Shown piece after piece: positions 49,644 through 64,000 of a DNA stretch of 64,000 bases. The stretch covers positions 3,720,001 through 3,784,000 of the forward strand of contig CP075495.1 of assembly GCA_021613535.1 (NCBI GenBank), written 5' to 3'. Source of the DNA: Adineta vaga. Lineage: Eukaryota > Animalia > Rotifera. The first letter of the stretch is position 1, and each line of letters opens with the position of its first letter. The position numbers were made by a program, and so were the translations under genes. The notes beneath the pieces were generated by a model. The model saw nothing but the letters and a program-made list of their open reading frames with translations. It was not told where the DNA came from and did no database searches.

Positions 49644-51433
49644 ATTGGAACATACAAATTTACACTGGAGTTACATTCTTTGATTGCAATACAATATTAA
49701 TTCAATGTAGTGCTTTCATATTTCTTTCATTCTTTTTTTTGCTTTATTTTTCTGCTTTATCCTTTGAGTATTTCACTCGTGAATGCGTATAGTTCTATAG
49801 AAATAGAGAAATGTAATATCTACTTTAAGCTGTATAACAGAAAAAGGGGTTACACAAGGCTTGCTCTAGAATGTCTTAATTGTACGATTGATTTTATTGT
49901 TGCTTATGGTTTTTATGTTCAACGATTTTAACGTGACAAATAAATATTAAATTATTTTTCATATTACATAATCTCATCAGATCAGTTACTGAACAAAGAA
50001 GATTCTATGTGTGAGAATATCAATTAGGATACAACTCATATATTTCTGTCTGTTTGACTTCTATATACAAGACTTACCAATCATCCCTATCAAAGCCAAT
50101 ACTAAAATAAGAAAAGAAAAGATCATATCAGACAAGACAAAAACAAACCATTGTGAGAAGCAAAATTTAGACAATATCAATTAATATAGAATAATATTCA
50201 ATCTATATTATCGTTATCATTGCTATAATAATAAGATTTGTCGTCATCATAATTGTAATAGTTATTTATGTTATTCGAGCTTGAATTATGATAATTATTA
50301 ATATCATTATTCGATGGATATGTTTTAACTGTTAAAGTATTATCATAACTCAAGATCACAATCAGTTCTTTCTATATAATTGTTGAGAGAAATATATTAG
50401 TATCGATAACTGTCGTTTCATTGCTAGAATGAAAAATAAATACTGATCATAAGTTTTCGCTAGATGTTGATACACTTCTTAAGTTCATTAGATTTGATGT
50501 TTTGTTTCTAGTGAATGAAAAAAATAAGTTCTCAATGTACTCATATCCGTCATAATATCTATTAGAATCCATCTCGTGTCTCCATTCATGATGATCATCT
50601 AAAACCATGCTTATATCCATAAATAAAAGTACCTGATGAAAGACAAAATAAAATACTTTGTGCGAGATGTATCTAAAGTAGAGGTAACTTCATAGAATGA
50701 TGGATTATTGAGATACGTCGAATTTCAATTAAATGCATTTACTGTAGAAACACATACATATACATGTATGCATTTCAATGTAGGATACTATTTTTCTTAC
50801 TTTAGTTGTGCAGCATTATTATACAGTATCCATACAATATCTTAATTTTTGTGAGCAGATGTAAATCGAGGTAAAGCAATCAGATGATCTTCATTTGATC
50901 ATCGTAGAAATGGTGACCGATCTGACAACATTGTGTTTATTGTGCTACACATAGATTTTGTGATATATCACGTATTCTTATTGATCCTTGTACTCCTGAA
51001 CCCTTCTGTTTCTGCAATCTATTGAAAAAATCTTGATTTTTCTTTGTATTCTACCGTAATTTCATTAGTTATTCTTTATTCTAAGTTTGCTGTTCATCAA
51101 TAAATAAAGACTTAAAATACGAAATCTTATTTTAATCATCAATCGTTCATATTCGTATATAATTACATAAAACATGTACATCCTTATTCGAAATATTCAT
51201 ATACACATATTGATGTTTTTCTTTCATCGCAATATAAAAAAGAAATTGATTATAAAAAAAAAGAATGTGGCACTGATAGATAGACGAATGCAGAAGAAAA
51301 TTAAACACACGAAAACAAAAATACATTGAATCTGTTTCTTTTCTTTCTCATTCATTTCACTGTAAAGAAAGAAAAAAACCGAATAGAAAATAAGTTTTTA
51401 ATGAAAACAAAAAGTATTCGTTCTCATTTTCAA

Positions 51434-54400
51434 TTATTTCAATATTTGATCTCGTCGTAGTTTCAAACAAGCAAGAACTACTTGACATTGATGCATTGAA
51501 CCTTGTAATTCTGAAGACATTTGATCAATATCCGTTGATGTTGCTGGTCCATTTGCAACTGTATTTAAACGTTGATTACTATTATCTGTGTAAATAGTTG
51601 TTAAAATTAATTTTGATGGACGCATCAATGTTGGACCAAAAACGACAGCTAGATTGTCTAAATGCATCATATTTTGCTTTGAATATTCACTAACACGTAT
51701 GAGATGATCCAATAAATAGAAGAGAATTTTTCGATTATGAGCAGGTAATAAATCGACTGTATTCAATAATGTTACACGTTGATTATCAGTATCAGTTAAT
51801 TGCATTGCATGGAGAAATTGTTTATACAATATACTACTAAATAACGGATCGGGTAATTCACGAAAGAATAATTTCAATAAATTAGCAGCAACATGAACAT
51901 TCTTTTGAGTTAACATTTCTTCAGCACGATGAGGATTTCGATCGAATTCATGACGAAGTTTTTGTAAATCAGATGCAACACAACAAACACGATAGATACC
52001 CGTTTCATTTAAACCATCACCTTCAACTATTTCAATACATTTAACAACAATACGTGGAATACCATCAATACTAAATAATAAAACGAATAATTTTTTCTAT
52101 GATAAAAATGATCAACTTACAAACCACTTGGTGTACTCATTAATTTTTCAATACTTTTACCAAATACAGCTTGACTTCTTTTCGATGGTTGACGTTTAAA
52201 TGTTCCTTCACGTTTGGAATATTTCAATGAAATTTTCACTTTTAAATCTCCAGATTGTGATTCAAGATAGATTGCTCCACTTGAAGCACACTGACAATCA
52301 TGTAATCCTGTTTCAATCTATAATCAAAAGATTTTTCAGTTTTTTTTTTCAAGAAAATCTTCTCTTCAAATTTATTATTAACTTACATCATGATGAAATT
52401 TACCAATACATACTGGTCGTTGTAAACTATTATTAGCATCTCGAGTACCTGTATCAATACGATAAATAAGTAAACGAAATGCTAATGAATATTCTAATTC
52501 GATATGAAAGACCTAAATGAAAGAAGAAATCGAATTCGATATTGTGTGTCAAAGTCAGTTATTAATTTTCGCATACTTCTCCTTTGAATTCGACTGATTC
52601 ATTTTGTTGCATGATTTGCTTTGAAGTTTGTGCGTGTGGATAAAACGTATTATATGAATCAATTTCTACAGCAACATAGAATTGATAATTTTTTTGCATT
52701 TGTTGTTGTGTAGAAGATGTTAACGGTAAAGTTTGATATTGCCTTCCAGGATTATATAAAGCCGAACCAAGTATACTATGAATTGTAATACATAATGTAC
52801 CTGAATATGTTTTACTTGTAGTTAATGTTTGAATAGTAGATGATGATTCATTTGAATTCGTATCATGTAGATTTGGTTTGATAAGATCCAATCGTTTTTG
52901 TATAATTGAATCATTTAAACGCGATGTTTGTTGATTTGTCTGTTGCATAATTGCAGAATTACGTTGAATAAGATCTTGTTTTGTTCTATCGATTAAATCA
53001 ATCCAATCTTGTCGTTGATAAGCCGATGAAAAGAGAATAATCGACGATGTTGAACGTGAAGAATTCGATAAAACAAGTTGAAGTTTCGATTGAGCTAATT
53101 GAAATTCATTTTCTTGTTTACGAATATTTTTTGATAGACGAGTTGCCTAATAAGTAAAATGAGAATCAAATTTGAAATATATTTTTTCATTTTTACTTAC
53201 ATTGGTTTTTGGTGCACGTTCTAATTCTTTATAACCTGATTTCAAACTGATTTTTAATTCATCTAGAAAATTTCATTATGTAAAAGAACTTTTTTGAAGA
53301 ATTAGACTCACTACCGGTTTCAACATTTTCATCAGACGTATCTTCCGGAACTGTCCATTGTAAATCAAGCATTGGTATGAACAACAGAAGAGTATATTTC
53401 GGGCTATAACAATCATATTATACAATGCATAAAAAAAATGTTAAGTATGTGGAAGAATCTATATATCTACTATTTCTATATAACTTATTTCATAATTAAA
53501 TATTTTGAAAAAGAAAATCTCGAGTCGATAAGGAGAATTACGAATGAAATAGATATAATTACTGTTTTTCTTCGAAAATGCTTATTTACCTTGCAAGTAA
53601 TTTTGTCTTTAAATTGCAACAAACAATCGCATCAGGATAGAGAATTAATCGACAACGATCACGATGACCTCGTGCTGACATTGTTATCACATCTTCATTT
53701 TTCAAAATAACTTTATTGATATTTTCATCTTGATTACTCTGAAATGGAACAAAAATAACTGTCAATCATTCCACTTTAAAATTGAATACATACACCATAT
53801 AATCGACATCTTTGTGCATAATTATAAAGATCATTAACACGTTCTTTCTCAACAGATTCAAATGATTGTGATGTTTGATATAAATCCTAAGCATAAGATT
53901 CATTTTGATATAAAAACAAAAAGAAGAATTCGTAATTTACTTGAACTTGAGAAAGAATTTGTAGAAATTGTTTTGGAGGAATTGATAATAAATCTATGAT
54001 GTATAAGAAAATGAAACTAAGATAATTTGTTAATTATAAATTAAATATACCTTCACTCGATAAACCATATATATTTGTTCGTTTATCTAATGATTTTCTT
54101 GTAGATGCGAAATTGATTTTAAAAAAATCACTATACACAGGAAGTGTGTCCATCTATGAAGAGAAGATTTTCATTGAAGAAAAATTAATAATACAATCAT
54201 ACTAATGTGTTAACTGTATGTGTTAAACGTTCGATTAAACTTTCGAATTGTTCATCTCGATCGTATAAATTTTCAATTTCTTGACGAACTTTTTTATGTT
54301 GTACAATTAATTGTTGCATTAATTTTTGTATATCATTTGAAACAGATATAAAACTGAACTGAAACAAAGAAGAAGAAGGAAATAAATAATAAAGAAAAAG

Positions 54401-56429
54401 CTAAAGAATTCAATACTTGTTCATCCATTTTTTTTAATTGATCACAATATGATTGTTCTTTTCTCAACCATTCTTGAACAATTCCCCAAAGAATTTGCTG
54501 TTGACGTAACTGAAATATAAAAATGAATATTATTTGATCGATTTTTCTCGAATTAATCTTATACAATTATTTGATTGTGTTGTTCTTCTTCATGTTCATG
54601 ATTGGAATCTTTTGTTGTTAATTGTTCTTCATCTTCGGGTGAGGATTCATCGAAATCACTATCCTGCTCTTCATTACTCATACCACTACGAGCTGAAAAA
54701 GTTGTTGGCATGTGTTGATCATCTAATGTTTCTTCCGAAGTATTATTTTCATTAATTTTTGCTAATGAAAATGTAGAAACTTCACCTTAACAAAGAAAAT
54801 AATAAAATATGAAGATTTTTATCGAACGAAAACGTGCTAATCAAATCTATCTTATCTTTTTTCCCTCTGAAATGATCGATCAAGACTAAGAATAAAGTGT
54901 ACGTGCATTTGAATACAAAAAAAAGGGAAAAGAAAAGAAAAATTATTTCTATCTTTCGAAGTATACTTAGTCATCCGATTCGATAGCAAGGTCAATTCAG
55001 ATCATTAATATTACCGACTAATTGTATTGAACTTTATCTATCCTAAGCTTATCTAATGAGATTCTCGACATCTTAACTTGATCGTCTAGCTTTTTTCTGT
55101 ATTCTTTTCAAGACAATATTTCCGCATGCATATATGACCGCTCTTATTGTGGGCTCTTGGTTTCATGACTTTCCTTTTTCTTCTTTCGCTTACTATCTGA
55201 TGTGAAGCGCAGCCATAGAAAAACATATATAGGAAGTAGAAAAAATAGCAAATGATAGCATGATTTATCCAATCTAGTTTTTAATCTTGTCATTCTATTT
55301 AGTTGAATAAAGAATAACCTTGACACTACAGAAGAACAGTATAGTGTCAATTGACAAATCTTACAGCGAATGATCTGATACAACTATGTAGTAAGGGGAA
55401 AGCGTTTGATTCGAAAATCAAAGAATAATTTTCCTTTTCTTAGACTTTTCAAACCTTGAAAAATGTCCGAGTAATTTAGTTTTTATTCGTTCGTTCATAC
55501 GCCTTCTCTCTTGTCTTCAAACGGTTGAATAAAAATCTTTTTTTCCTGTTTAGACGTCATCTGTTCACATCGGCACGAGTAACATGTCCGTTACGTTAAC
55601 ATTCAAGGTCAGTTCTTTCAAAGATAGCTTCGTATAATTTATGAAGCACGACATATCTAGTGCTCTTGAGATAAAACATGGAAGAGAAAAAGAAAGAAGA
55701 AAAAATCATACATAAAAGAGGGAAAATTCTATGCTAAGACAGCGAAATTGCAAAAGATGACTTACTATCTATTTGATGTTTCGAAATATATGTCGTACCA
55801 TCAAGTTCATTTGTACTACTACTATGATCTTCATTATTGTCACCATCGGAACTCTGACTAAGATCATCTGGTTCATTATTATATTCTTCATGAACAACAT
55901 CATCATCGTCGTCATGATGGAAAGCTTTTTCAACCAAATCAGTGCCTTCTGAATCAGTAAGTACAACATTTTCAGAATTTATTTTTTCAGACTCATCTGA
56001 TCGAAGATTTTCATAATAAGGAAAATCCGTTTCTAACATTTGTGATGAAGCTGTTGTTAGTGGCGGTGGTGATGGTGATGATGAAGGCATCGGATGTGGT
56101 GGGAATGGTTGCGAGGATGGCAAATCTTTAATATAAGCAACGTCTGATCGAGGATTAACACTAGGTAATCGAACATTTGTATCGTTTGAATGTGCAAACG
56201 ATTCGGTCATCGTCAAAGGCACTCGACGATTTGACTGTGATGATGATGAAACAGGTACAGGTAATATCGAATGAGATGTTTTCAAGGGTGGTAATGGCTT
56301 AGGAATATCGCAAATAACTGCATTCGGTAATTTATCTGCATCGCCTCCGTGTAATTGTGCTTGACGATCAAATAATGAAAGACCACGTGATTTAGATGCT
56401 TGTAATGCATTACTATGCGGAGCTGCCAT
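51434..56429 (-). CDS. ABR: BCR/ABR-like protein: DH (RhoGEF)-PH-C2-RhoGAP
   Basis: LRQQQILWGIVQEWLRKEQSY (DH), RHVFLFSDVIVC-like PH segment, YVAVEIDSYNTFYPHAQT (BCR-type C2), VFGKSI...IPRIVVKCIE...ETGIYRV (Arg finger), ANLLKLFFRELPDPLF and NMMHLDNLAVVFGPTL. Confidence 0.88.
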
Positions 56430-59281
56430 TGGATCTGAAAAAAGCGAAATAAACGGAAAATGTATTGTGAAACTGTTTGTTCTTCGTTCGTTTTAATAAA
56501 CTATATCAAACGATATAAGGCATTTGATATTTTCGTTTCTTTTCTCCTTATATATGTTGACTCATATCTGTTTTTAAACATAAAAGCACACGTAAATACA
56601 AATTATATCTATGTATGTATATATATATATATATATAATTAATTTTCTCATAAAGAAAAATGTACAGAATACAATGAGGATATACTCACGATCATCTCAT
56701 ATAATTATAGATTAGTCGATAAAAAAAAGTCTATAAACGAAAAAAAAGCACGAAAACAAGTACATTATAGAATCTAATAATGATGGTGAAGGTTTTTTAA
56801 CGAAAGAATCATAAGCAAGTGCTTTGTTGATAGATGTATATAAAACGACGTGACATGTTATGTGTGCCTCTGTCTTTCTTTCGTTCTTTTTTCTTCTTCT
56901 TCATCTACTACTACTACTACTACTTCTAAGTATAAAAACAACAGAAAAAGTAAAAGAAAAAGTAAAAGAACTACTCAACAAACTGCAGCAGAACGTGTAC
57001 ATACATATATTTATAGATTTTTAACGTCTTTTGCGTAATTTTACCGTATAAAAAAAGAAAGGAATTGATTACAAGGAAACTTACAATTGACTTTGATTTG
57101 TTGTTTATAATGATACATTAAATGTTTGATTTCAAACAAATCATTGATCAAATGTTCAATTCGTTGATCATCGTCTATTATTTGACCAAGCAAAGACGAA
57201 CAAGACGTATATGTAAGATGTTGAACACAATTGAAGAAAAAAAGACGCAAGAAAAAGAGGAAAAAAAAGAGGAATCGGTGATTGTTCTTTTCTTTTAACC
57301 CACTCTTTCTTTTCTCTTTTTCTCTTTCTCTTCACTATTATACACACGTCTATAAGCGGATCATATTCGTTTGTTCGTTCATTCTATATATCACATTGTT
57401 GTGCTACGTACATCGAGATGTATATAAAAGCATGGTTGTATAACCCTAGTAGCGTCATCATCACCATCACAATTTTTTCAATATTCAATTGAAATGTCAG
57501 AGAGTGCCAAAAAATGCTACTCGATATATATATATATATATATAAAAGAAGAAAGATCAGACGTCGAACATATTTATCAATGAAGAAGTAATAGTGATCG
57601 ATCATGTCAAACGGAAAGGCGCAAAAGATTAGGTTCAATAGTTGTATAGTGTTGTGTGTAATCACTTCAATACTATAGATATGGATCATGAAAGAAAATA
57701 AGCTATGACAAAGAGGCGTTGAAATCATTCGAATTGATAGACACAAAAAAGAAATACTTATGTAAAGATTAGAAATAAAACAGATGTCGAATACATTGAC
57801 ATTTGTTGACATAAAAAATAAAACCAGAAGTCTAGAGAATATCCTTTCTATTACATACCGTTATTCATTTACAATTGTATTTATTAACTAGGATCAACAA
57901 TTGAATAAGAAGGGACGTGAAAATGTTTATTTAAGTAAAAAACATATTAGAAAAGTTTTTTTGTTCTTGTTTTATTTTCTTACTTAAGACTATCGCTCTG
58001 AATCATCGTTGTACTACTTCTTTTCATTCAGTCGTTTACATCTTTTTCGAATGACTAATAACTCTCATATTGTTATAGAGGAATACTTTCACTGTTTTTT
58101 TTCCTTCATTTTATATCTTTTGTGATAAGATATAAATCACTCAAATCGATTCTTACTTGAATAGTAATGATAGTAGTAGTATGTCGTTTGTAATTCCTGT
58201 TCCATGTGTAGTTAATATATTGATGTTATTGAAACAGATCTCAGAACTTGCTTTTGTATCAAAAGATCAAATGATAATTGAAATGGAAAAAAAATACACC
58301 AGCTGTTGTTCTTGATATGATAATAGTGTAGGCGAAATATCGATCTGCATCATCAGATAGTATCAATGATTTCTACTAAAGATTCTCTTGATATTGAGAT
58401 GTATCAAATAACGCAATGTTGTAGATTTTGTTTACAAGAACTTGTTTGTGATAGTAATTTTAGATTAAGTACTTGTAAAATAACACAGTATGTGTGGTAA
58501 TTAATAAGAAAAAATTCCACAGATCAGATCTGATTATTACTGTAGAAAAAAAAGATTGTAAACTATAATTATCTTATAATTTATAATAAAAGTCGTATGT
58601 AAGTTCGATGTATGAATGAAATTGATCTTTTTACTAAGTACAAATTGTTTGTTTTGAAAAGTAGATCATCTATTGCGTATATGCGTAAATAAGATTTATA
58701 GGATACTCAGAATCTACCATCAATATAAATAAATAAATCGATTTACGTACTAGTTGCTAGATCTGAATTTCAAGATCAACATGACAATGAATAAGAAATC
58801 AGTATCCTTCTATAATTTGTTAGAAATGTCATTTAGTACAGTACAATGTTTAGAAAGCTAGCTATTTTTTCTACTTATTAATACAACATAAACAAAGCAA
58901 TATGATTTTGTTTTCCATGTGAATAATATAATTAAACGAGAACAATGGTTGTTGTTCCACTTGTCTTGTAGTCATTTATTTTAGTCAAATGGAATATTTC
59001 CTGTTCATTGTCATAGATCATTTCTCTTTTTTGTCTATATAAAATGCTACTATAAACTGTAACTATATGTGCTTCAGGCGTATTCATTAACAATACGTTT
59101 TTTTTCTTCTTCCTATAAATCATACATTTCTCTTTAATTAAATCGATTTGATTCAATGATTGTGATTGTACTAAATTCCGGATAAATTTATTTCTAGTAA
59201 TTAATTCTGTCAAGATGAAAATTTCACAATAGACATTACATATTCAAAGATTTTCAATAATGAAAGAAATCAGAATTGATT

Positions 59282-60349
59282 TCATTTATATTCACAGATC
59301 AATGGATGAATCGGTGATGGTTTACTGTCAGGATAACAACATGTATATTGTGTTTCATTTAAATGATGAAATCCATTTGCAGGTGTCTGAATGAATGGTA
59401 AACCCGTATGATTTTTCAATCGTTGAAATACATCGCGCAAATCTTTTTCAACTTTTGAACCATGAAGGAAAATAAATGCTGTATGACAATAACTCGTACA
59501 TGTCAATTGTTGTGTTTCATAAGCTGTTATAAACGAAAAGTAAGGATCAATTTTACATAAGGTATGGTTCGCTTTTACTTTCCATAGAAGAACATTAATA
59601 CCTGTTTCATCATAATTAGCAGCCATGAAATGACCTTGTCGCATTAATTTAAGTGCATATTGAAAAAATGGATATGCTCGATAGTTCCACGAGAATTGTG
59701 CATGTATATAAGGAGTTTTACGATGTTTATGATTGACTCTATGTCTATTAAGAAAACCAAAATAATTTTTTGGATCATCAGGATGACGAGGTGCTAGTGG
59801 ATGTGAATATGGCCATCGATGAACAACATCAAAAAGAATATCAATATTCCAATTAACAACACTATCTGCTTCGAGATGTATACCATAATCAAGTTTGCTA
59901 TCAACAATGGCATGAATCTTACAAAAAAATATCGATGGACCACAATCCGCTCTGCGAAGTTTTCGTTTGATTAATCGAGGATATTTCTTTGTATCTATAT
60001 TAAGATCTACATCGATGCCATAAGCGATCACCGGTCGTGTTGAAAATTCATGTACAGAATCGAGAAGATTAGATAATAGAGAGAGATATCGTGGATTATT
60101 ATCAGAAAATGTAACGAAACCTTCGTTGGGTGTACTATTCAATGGTTGTCCAATAATAAGAAGTTCAGACGGATAGTCTTTCGATATAAATGACGCTCTT
60201 GGAATTGATTCTGTGGGAATACGTTTTTTCAATGTTGGAATAGCGATGACAATTTGAAATAGATAAATAGATAAAACAATACAGATAAAACCAAATAATG
60301 AAATGAATACTTTCCAAGATTTATAATGTCGATCTTCATTTGAATGCAT
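59282..60349 (-). CDS. Type II membrane putative glycosyltransferase, paralog 1 (355 aa, intronless CDS)
   Basis: N-terminal TM; FVTFSD..YLSLLSNLLDSVHEFSTRPVIAYG, CKIHAI, LEADSVV (DxD-like), DETGIN and FLHGSK form a GT-A-fold-like motif order. Confidence 0.8.
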   Translation of the reverse strand: MHSNEDRHYKSWKVFISLFGFICIVLSIYLFQIVIAIPTLKKRIPTESIPRASFISKDYPSELLIIGQPLNSTPNEGFVTFSDNNPRYLSLLSNLLDSVHEFSTRPVIAYGIDVDLNIDTKKYPRLIKRKLRRADCGPSIFFCKIHAIVDSKLDYGIHLEADSVVNWNIDILFDVVHRWPYSHPLAPRHPDDPKNYFGFLNRHRVNHKHRKTPYIHAQFSWNYRAYPFFQYALKLMRQGHFMAANYDETGINVLLWKVKANHTLCKIDPYFSFITAYETQQLTCTSYCHTAFIFLHGSKVEKDLRDVFQRLKNHTGLPFIQTPANGFHHLNETQYTCCYPDSKPSPIHPLICEYK

Positions 60350-61354
60350 AATTCACTAATTAATAAAAGAAATATAGACTATACATAGAAAAAGCTTCAT
60401 ATTGTCGATTATATAACTACACGTCTCGATCAAGTAATGTCGTATCATTTTTACGCTTTCAAAATTACCAAAATTTTGAATCATGAGCGCAGATACAGAA
60501 AGGGAGATGTATGAGCCGTTACGTCCTCTTCTTTTGAATAGTGTCATTTTTTATTTATCGAATAAAAAAGAAAGGGTTCGTGTTCTCTCTGCCTTTGCAA
60601 ACTTCTTTTATCGATCTTCAAGGTAAAAGGTAAAATTTTATTCCCCGTTTTTTGAATATTTCGAATCCAAAAAGAATTTCGTAACGATATATTTCGAACG
60701 CTTTGAAAAAATGTAATTAGTTAAAATTCTTTACTCGATACGTTACCTTTTTTTTTCTTTTTCACACTGATTACTATTTTTAAACTTGATTACAAAAAAG
60801 AAAAGAACCGAAGAAATTCACACCGATATAAGTTGTTCTATTTTAGTGAAGAGAAATAGAGAAATATTAAATGGTTCAGTACATTCTAAAGTATAAATTT
60901 TTGAATCATTTCGAGAATTTATCAAAGATCAACATTAAGCAGAAAAAAGGTGAAATGCAATGAAAATAAAACCAAAGAGAACAATTTATTATGTCCATCA
61001 CCAAAGCAATCATATCGGCCGCAAATTTATAATAAAAGCATAATTATTTTCTTCTTTTTTGTTGATTTAGTAACCGTCTGATAGATTTCCTCGCGCTACA
61101 TACTCTGTTTGCATTCACATCCCGTCAAGCAAAATTCAAAGAAAAGAGCATACACACAAACGAATTATTTTTGAGTCTCTATTTACCTGAGAGTTATCTA
61201 GAAAAATAAAATCATTATAGATTAATAAAAACAAAGAAATTTTCGACTCAGTCATTGATTTCAATACAAATTTGTCTTTTAGGATTCTTCTTCGATACTT
61301 ATTCTTTGTAATTTCAATCTATAGGGAATAAAAATAATAAATCAAATTTTGATC

Positions 61355-62431
61355 CTAAGATTTCGGTTGTGAATATTCACAAATCAATGGATGAATCGGT
61401 GATGGTTGACTATCAGGATAACAACATGTATATTGAGTTTCATTCAAATAATGAAATCCATCTTCACGAGTTTGAACAAATGGTAATCCTCGTAGTTTTT
61501 TCAATCGTTTCAGTATATGATAAGCATCAGATGCTTTTTTGGAACCATGCATAATCATAAAAGCCGTATGACAATATTCTTTACATGTCTTCGATTGTGT
61601 TTCATAATCGGATATGAACGAAGCATATGGATCGATTTTACATAATGTATGGTTTACTCGAGCTTTCCATAGAAGAATATTGACGGCTGTTTCATCAAAG
61701 TTTGCACCTACGAAATTTCCTTCACGCATTAATCGAAGTGTACGATTAAAAAATGGATATGCTCGATAATTCCACGAGAATTGTGCATGTATATAAGGTG
61801 TAATTCGAGTTTTAATATCGACATCAAACGTTTTCAGAAATGTTTTATAATTTTTTGGATCATCAGGATGACGAGGTGCAAGTGGAAATGGATGAGGCCA
61901 ACGACGCACAACATCAAAGAGAAGATCAATATTCCAATTAACAACACTATCAGCATCAATTTGTACACCATAATCAAGTTTACTTTCAATAATGGCATGA
62001 ATCTTACAGAAAAATATCGATTCACCACAATCTGATCTATTTAAACGTCGTTGAATTAGTCGGGGATATTTCTTTGTGTCAAAATTGAGATCAATATTAA
62101 ATCCATAAGCAATAACAGGTCGAGTAGAAAAATGATGAATAGATATTAGAAGTTGAGCTAACAAATCACGATAATTTTCACTGTTATCAATATACGTAAC
62201 AAAGGCTTCCTTTGGCATATCATCTAATATTTGATTTTCATCCGGTGATTTAGCTTTGGTATCAGGCCATGCTGTGGCGTGTGTTAACGATCGATTTATT
62301 AGTAAATCTTGTGTAGGATAAATCTTTGATTGGGAAAACATGACTGATTTCATATAGATACAAATGAATGTTACTAATAGCAAACAAACGCCAATCCATA
62401 GTCCGATTTTGTACGCTTGTTTATCAGACAT
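61355..62431 (-). CDS. Type II membrane putative glycosyltransferase, paralog 2 (start MSDKQAY)
   Basis: Clearly homologous to 59282-60349 (IDADSVVNWNIDLLFDVV, PLAPRHPDDPKNY, TQYTCCYPDS.PSPIHPLICEY). The upstream ATG in the ORF track falls in a likely 5'UTR intron (TTTTTTAG acceptor near 62438). Confidence 0.82.
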   Translation of the reverse strand: MSDKQAYKIGLWIGVCLLLVTFICIYMKSVMFSQSKIYPTQDLLINRSLTHATAWPDTKAKSPDENQILDDMPKEAFVTYIDNSENYRDLLAQLLISIHHFSTRPVIAYGFNIDLNFDTKKYPRLIQRRLNRSDCGESIFFCKIHAIIESKLDYGVQIDADSVVNWNIDLLFDVVRRWPHPFPLAPRHPDDPKNYKTFLKTFDVDIKTRITPYIHAQFSWNYRAYPFFNRTLRLMREGNFVGANFDETAVNILLWKARVNHTLCKIDPYASFISDYETQSKTCKEYCHTAFMIMHGSKKASDAYHILKRLKKLRGLPFVQTREDGFHYLNETQYTCCYPDSQPSPIHPLICEYSQPKS

Positions 62432-64000
62432 TAGCTCTAAAAAAATAGAAATCATCAAGAAATGCACATTGATTATACAGAAAAAGTTTTCTTAGATATG
62501 CGTCCATACAAAACAAACTTAAACGTAAGTTATAAACTTCAGAATGATGAATTAGAAACTATCGTTGACAAGTGTAAGAATAAGGAAAGCAATGTAAGAA
62601 CACATTGATCTGAAGGTTAAAATTTAGAGATGAAAAATTGAGACAGTTTTTTGTAATCCTTTGCGATAAATGAATATTTCCATGTATTTGAGAGTATCAT
62701 TAAATATTTCATGAACAAAAGTACATGTAGTAAGTTAACTTACATGACATTTCATCCACTGCTGTTCTGTGACAAAATAATGTTTTACAATTGTTACTTT
62801 TTACGATACACTTCATCGAATATATCGATACGCTTGAATTATTTAACTGTATGGAGAAATATTGGATGACAGAAAGACATCGGTAAAGAACGAAATAGCA
62901 TAAAAAATAAATCATCATAATTTGCCAGTAATCAGTATGAAAGAAGATGCTTCGAAACAAAATAAAATTTCATCATATATGTGACAATCTATAGCGATCA
63001 TTCCATATCCATTCTCCACTTTGGTATTTGTCCTCTTACCGATCATATCTTCACCCGCGCAGTTCTCTTTATCGGATATCATCCTCCATATTTAGAACGC
63101 ACTTGCTCTTTGATCGAATGTTCTTGTTTTAGTGCTAAGGACGTTTTTCTGTCAGGTGTGATATTTTTCTGTAACGCGATACTGAATATTCCGAGTACTA
63201 TATATAGGACGAGGAATATGCAGTAAGGCATGTCTTTTCTGGAACGAAATAAAGAGATATTCACCGTCCTATTCCATCGTACGGGTCCTAGTCCGAAAAT
63301 TGTCGCAATATATAAATAAAAAAACAGTCTAACATTCGCTAGAACTTACAATCTATATCAGAATGTTTTTGTAATCGATAGTTTTGTATATATTCAATTT
63401 TGTTTTTACGCGAAAGAGGATGTCAGAATGCAGGAAATAATAAACTTTGAAATGCAAGATTACAAAACTGTAAACTAGTAGAAATAATTTTTGTGAGCAA
63501 AAATAGGCCAAAAATATGTTTTAGTATTTTTTAAGATCGGAAGACGAGTTACCTTTCTGTACGTTTAATTTAGTTTCGAAAAATTCGACAAACACTGTTT
63601 TTTTAGCGGGAATAGTTAAATACCGAATCAAAATTATTGCTGCGAGTAATACAAGACTCGAATACATACTCATATCTTTCGGATGATTGTTATGAAATAC
63701 TTGATGTTGATACGGAGGAATTCACTTTCATATGGTTATGGCAAATTTAATTTTGTAGTTAAGCAGGAACAAAACTACTGAGACATAAGTATGTTCCAAC
63801 AAAGTGGAAAAAAAAGTTGTTTTTAGAAGAACGAATCGAGTTGTGTCAAATATTCATTTTTTTCGTCTCTAGTGTCAAATCTCTGCAAGAGTATTTTCTG
63901 TTTGAAATCAAACACATGGTTTTATAATGTTCTAAACAGTGCACTTTTCTATTTTCAAAATACGAATAAAAACACTTCAAATTTCAATCTTACTCACATG

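Noticed and set aside
62981-63310. Slightly GC-richer segment with overlapping short ORFs, possible TE fragment
   Set aside because: No termini, repeats or recognisable protein motifs within the window.

Overview
AT-rich (~30% GC by eye) eukaryotic DNA with compact genes and many ~50-65 bp GT-AG introns. The gene content is metazoan, and the style best fits a bdelloid rotifer (inference, not proven). From left to right: (1) the 3' part of a multi-Ig-domain protein gene with two alternative polybasic C-termini and a QQG microexon; (2) a tandem cluster of four intronless single-pass membrane microproteins, three with PPxY/NPxY tails; (3) a PKD1-family polycystin with a very short ectodomain; (4) a neuropeptide precursor yielding [F/Y]GxL-amides; (5) a decayed PKA catalytic subunit pseudogene; (6) PCBP/mub; (7) a ZAD-like C2H2 zinc-finger gene; (8) a C2orf81 homolog; (9) a DxD glycosyltransferase-like gene; (10) a TE island with a ~1 kb long-TIR element and tandem non-autonomous Helitrons; (11) an intronless bacterial-type SET gene; (12) a B-box/coiled-coil protein with a repeated atypical zinc motif; (13) NinaB-type carotenoid oxygenase; (14) BCR/ABR RhoGEF-RhoGAP; (15) two paralogous glycosyltransferase-like genes. 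No rRNA, tRNA or CRISPR was found. All gene models were spliced by hand. Family assignments rest on recalled motifs, not on database searches.
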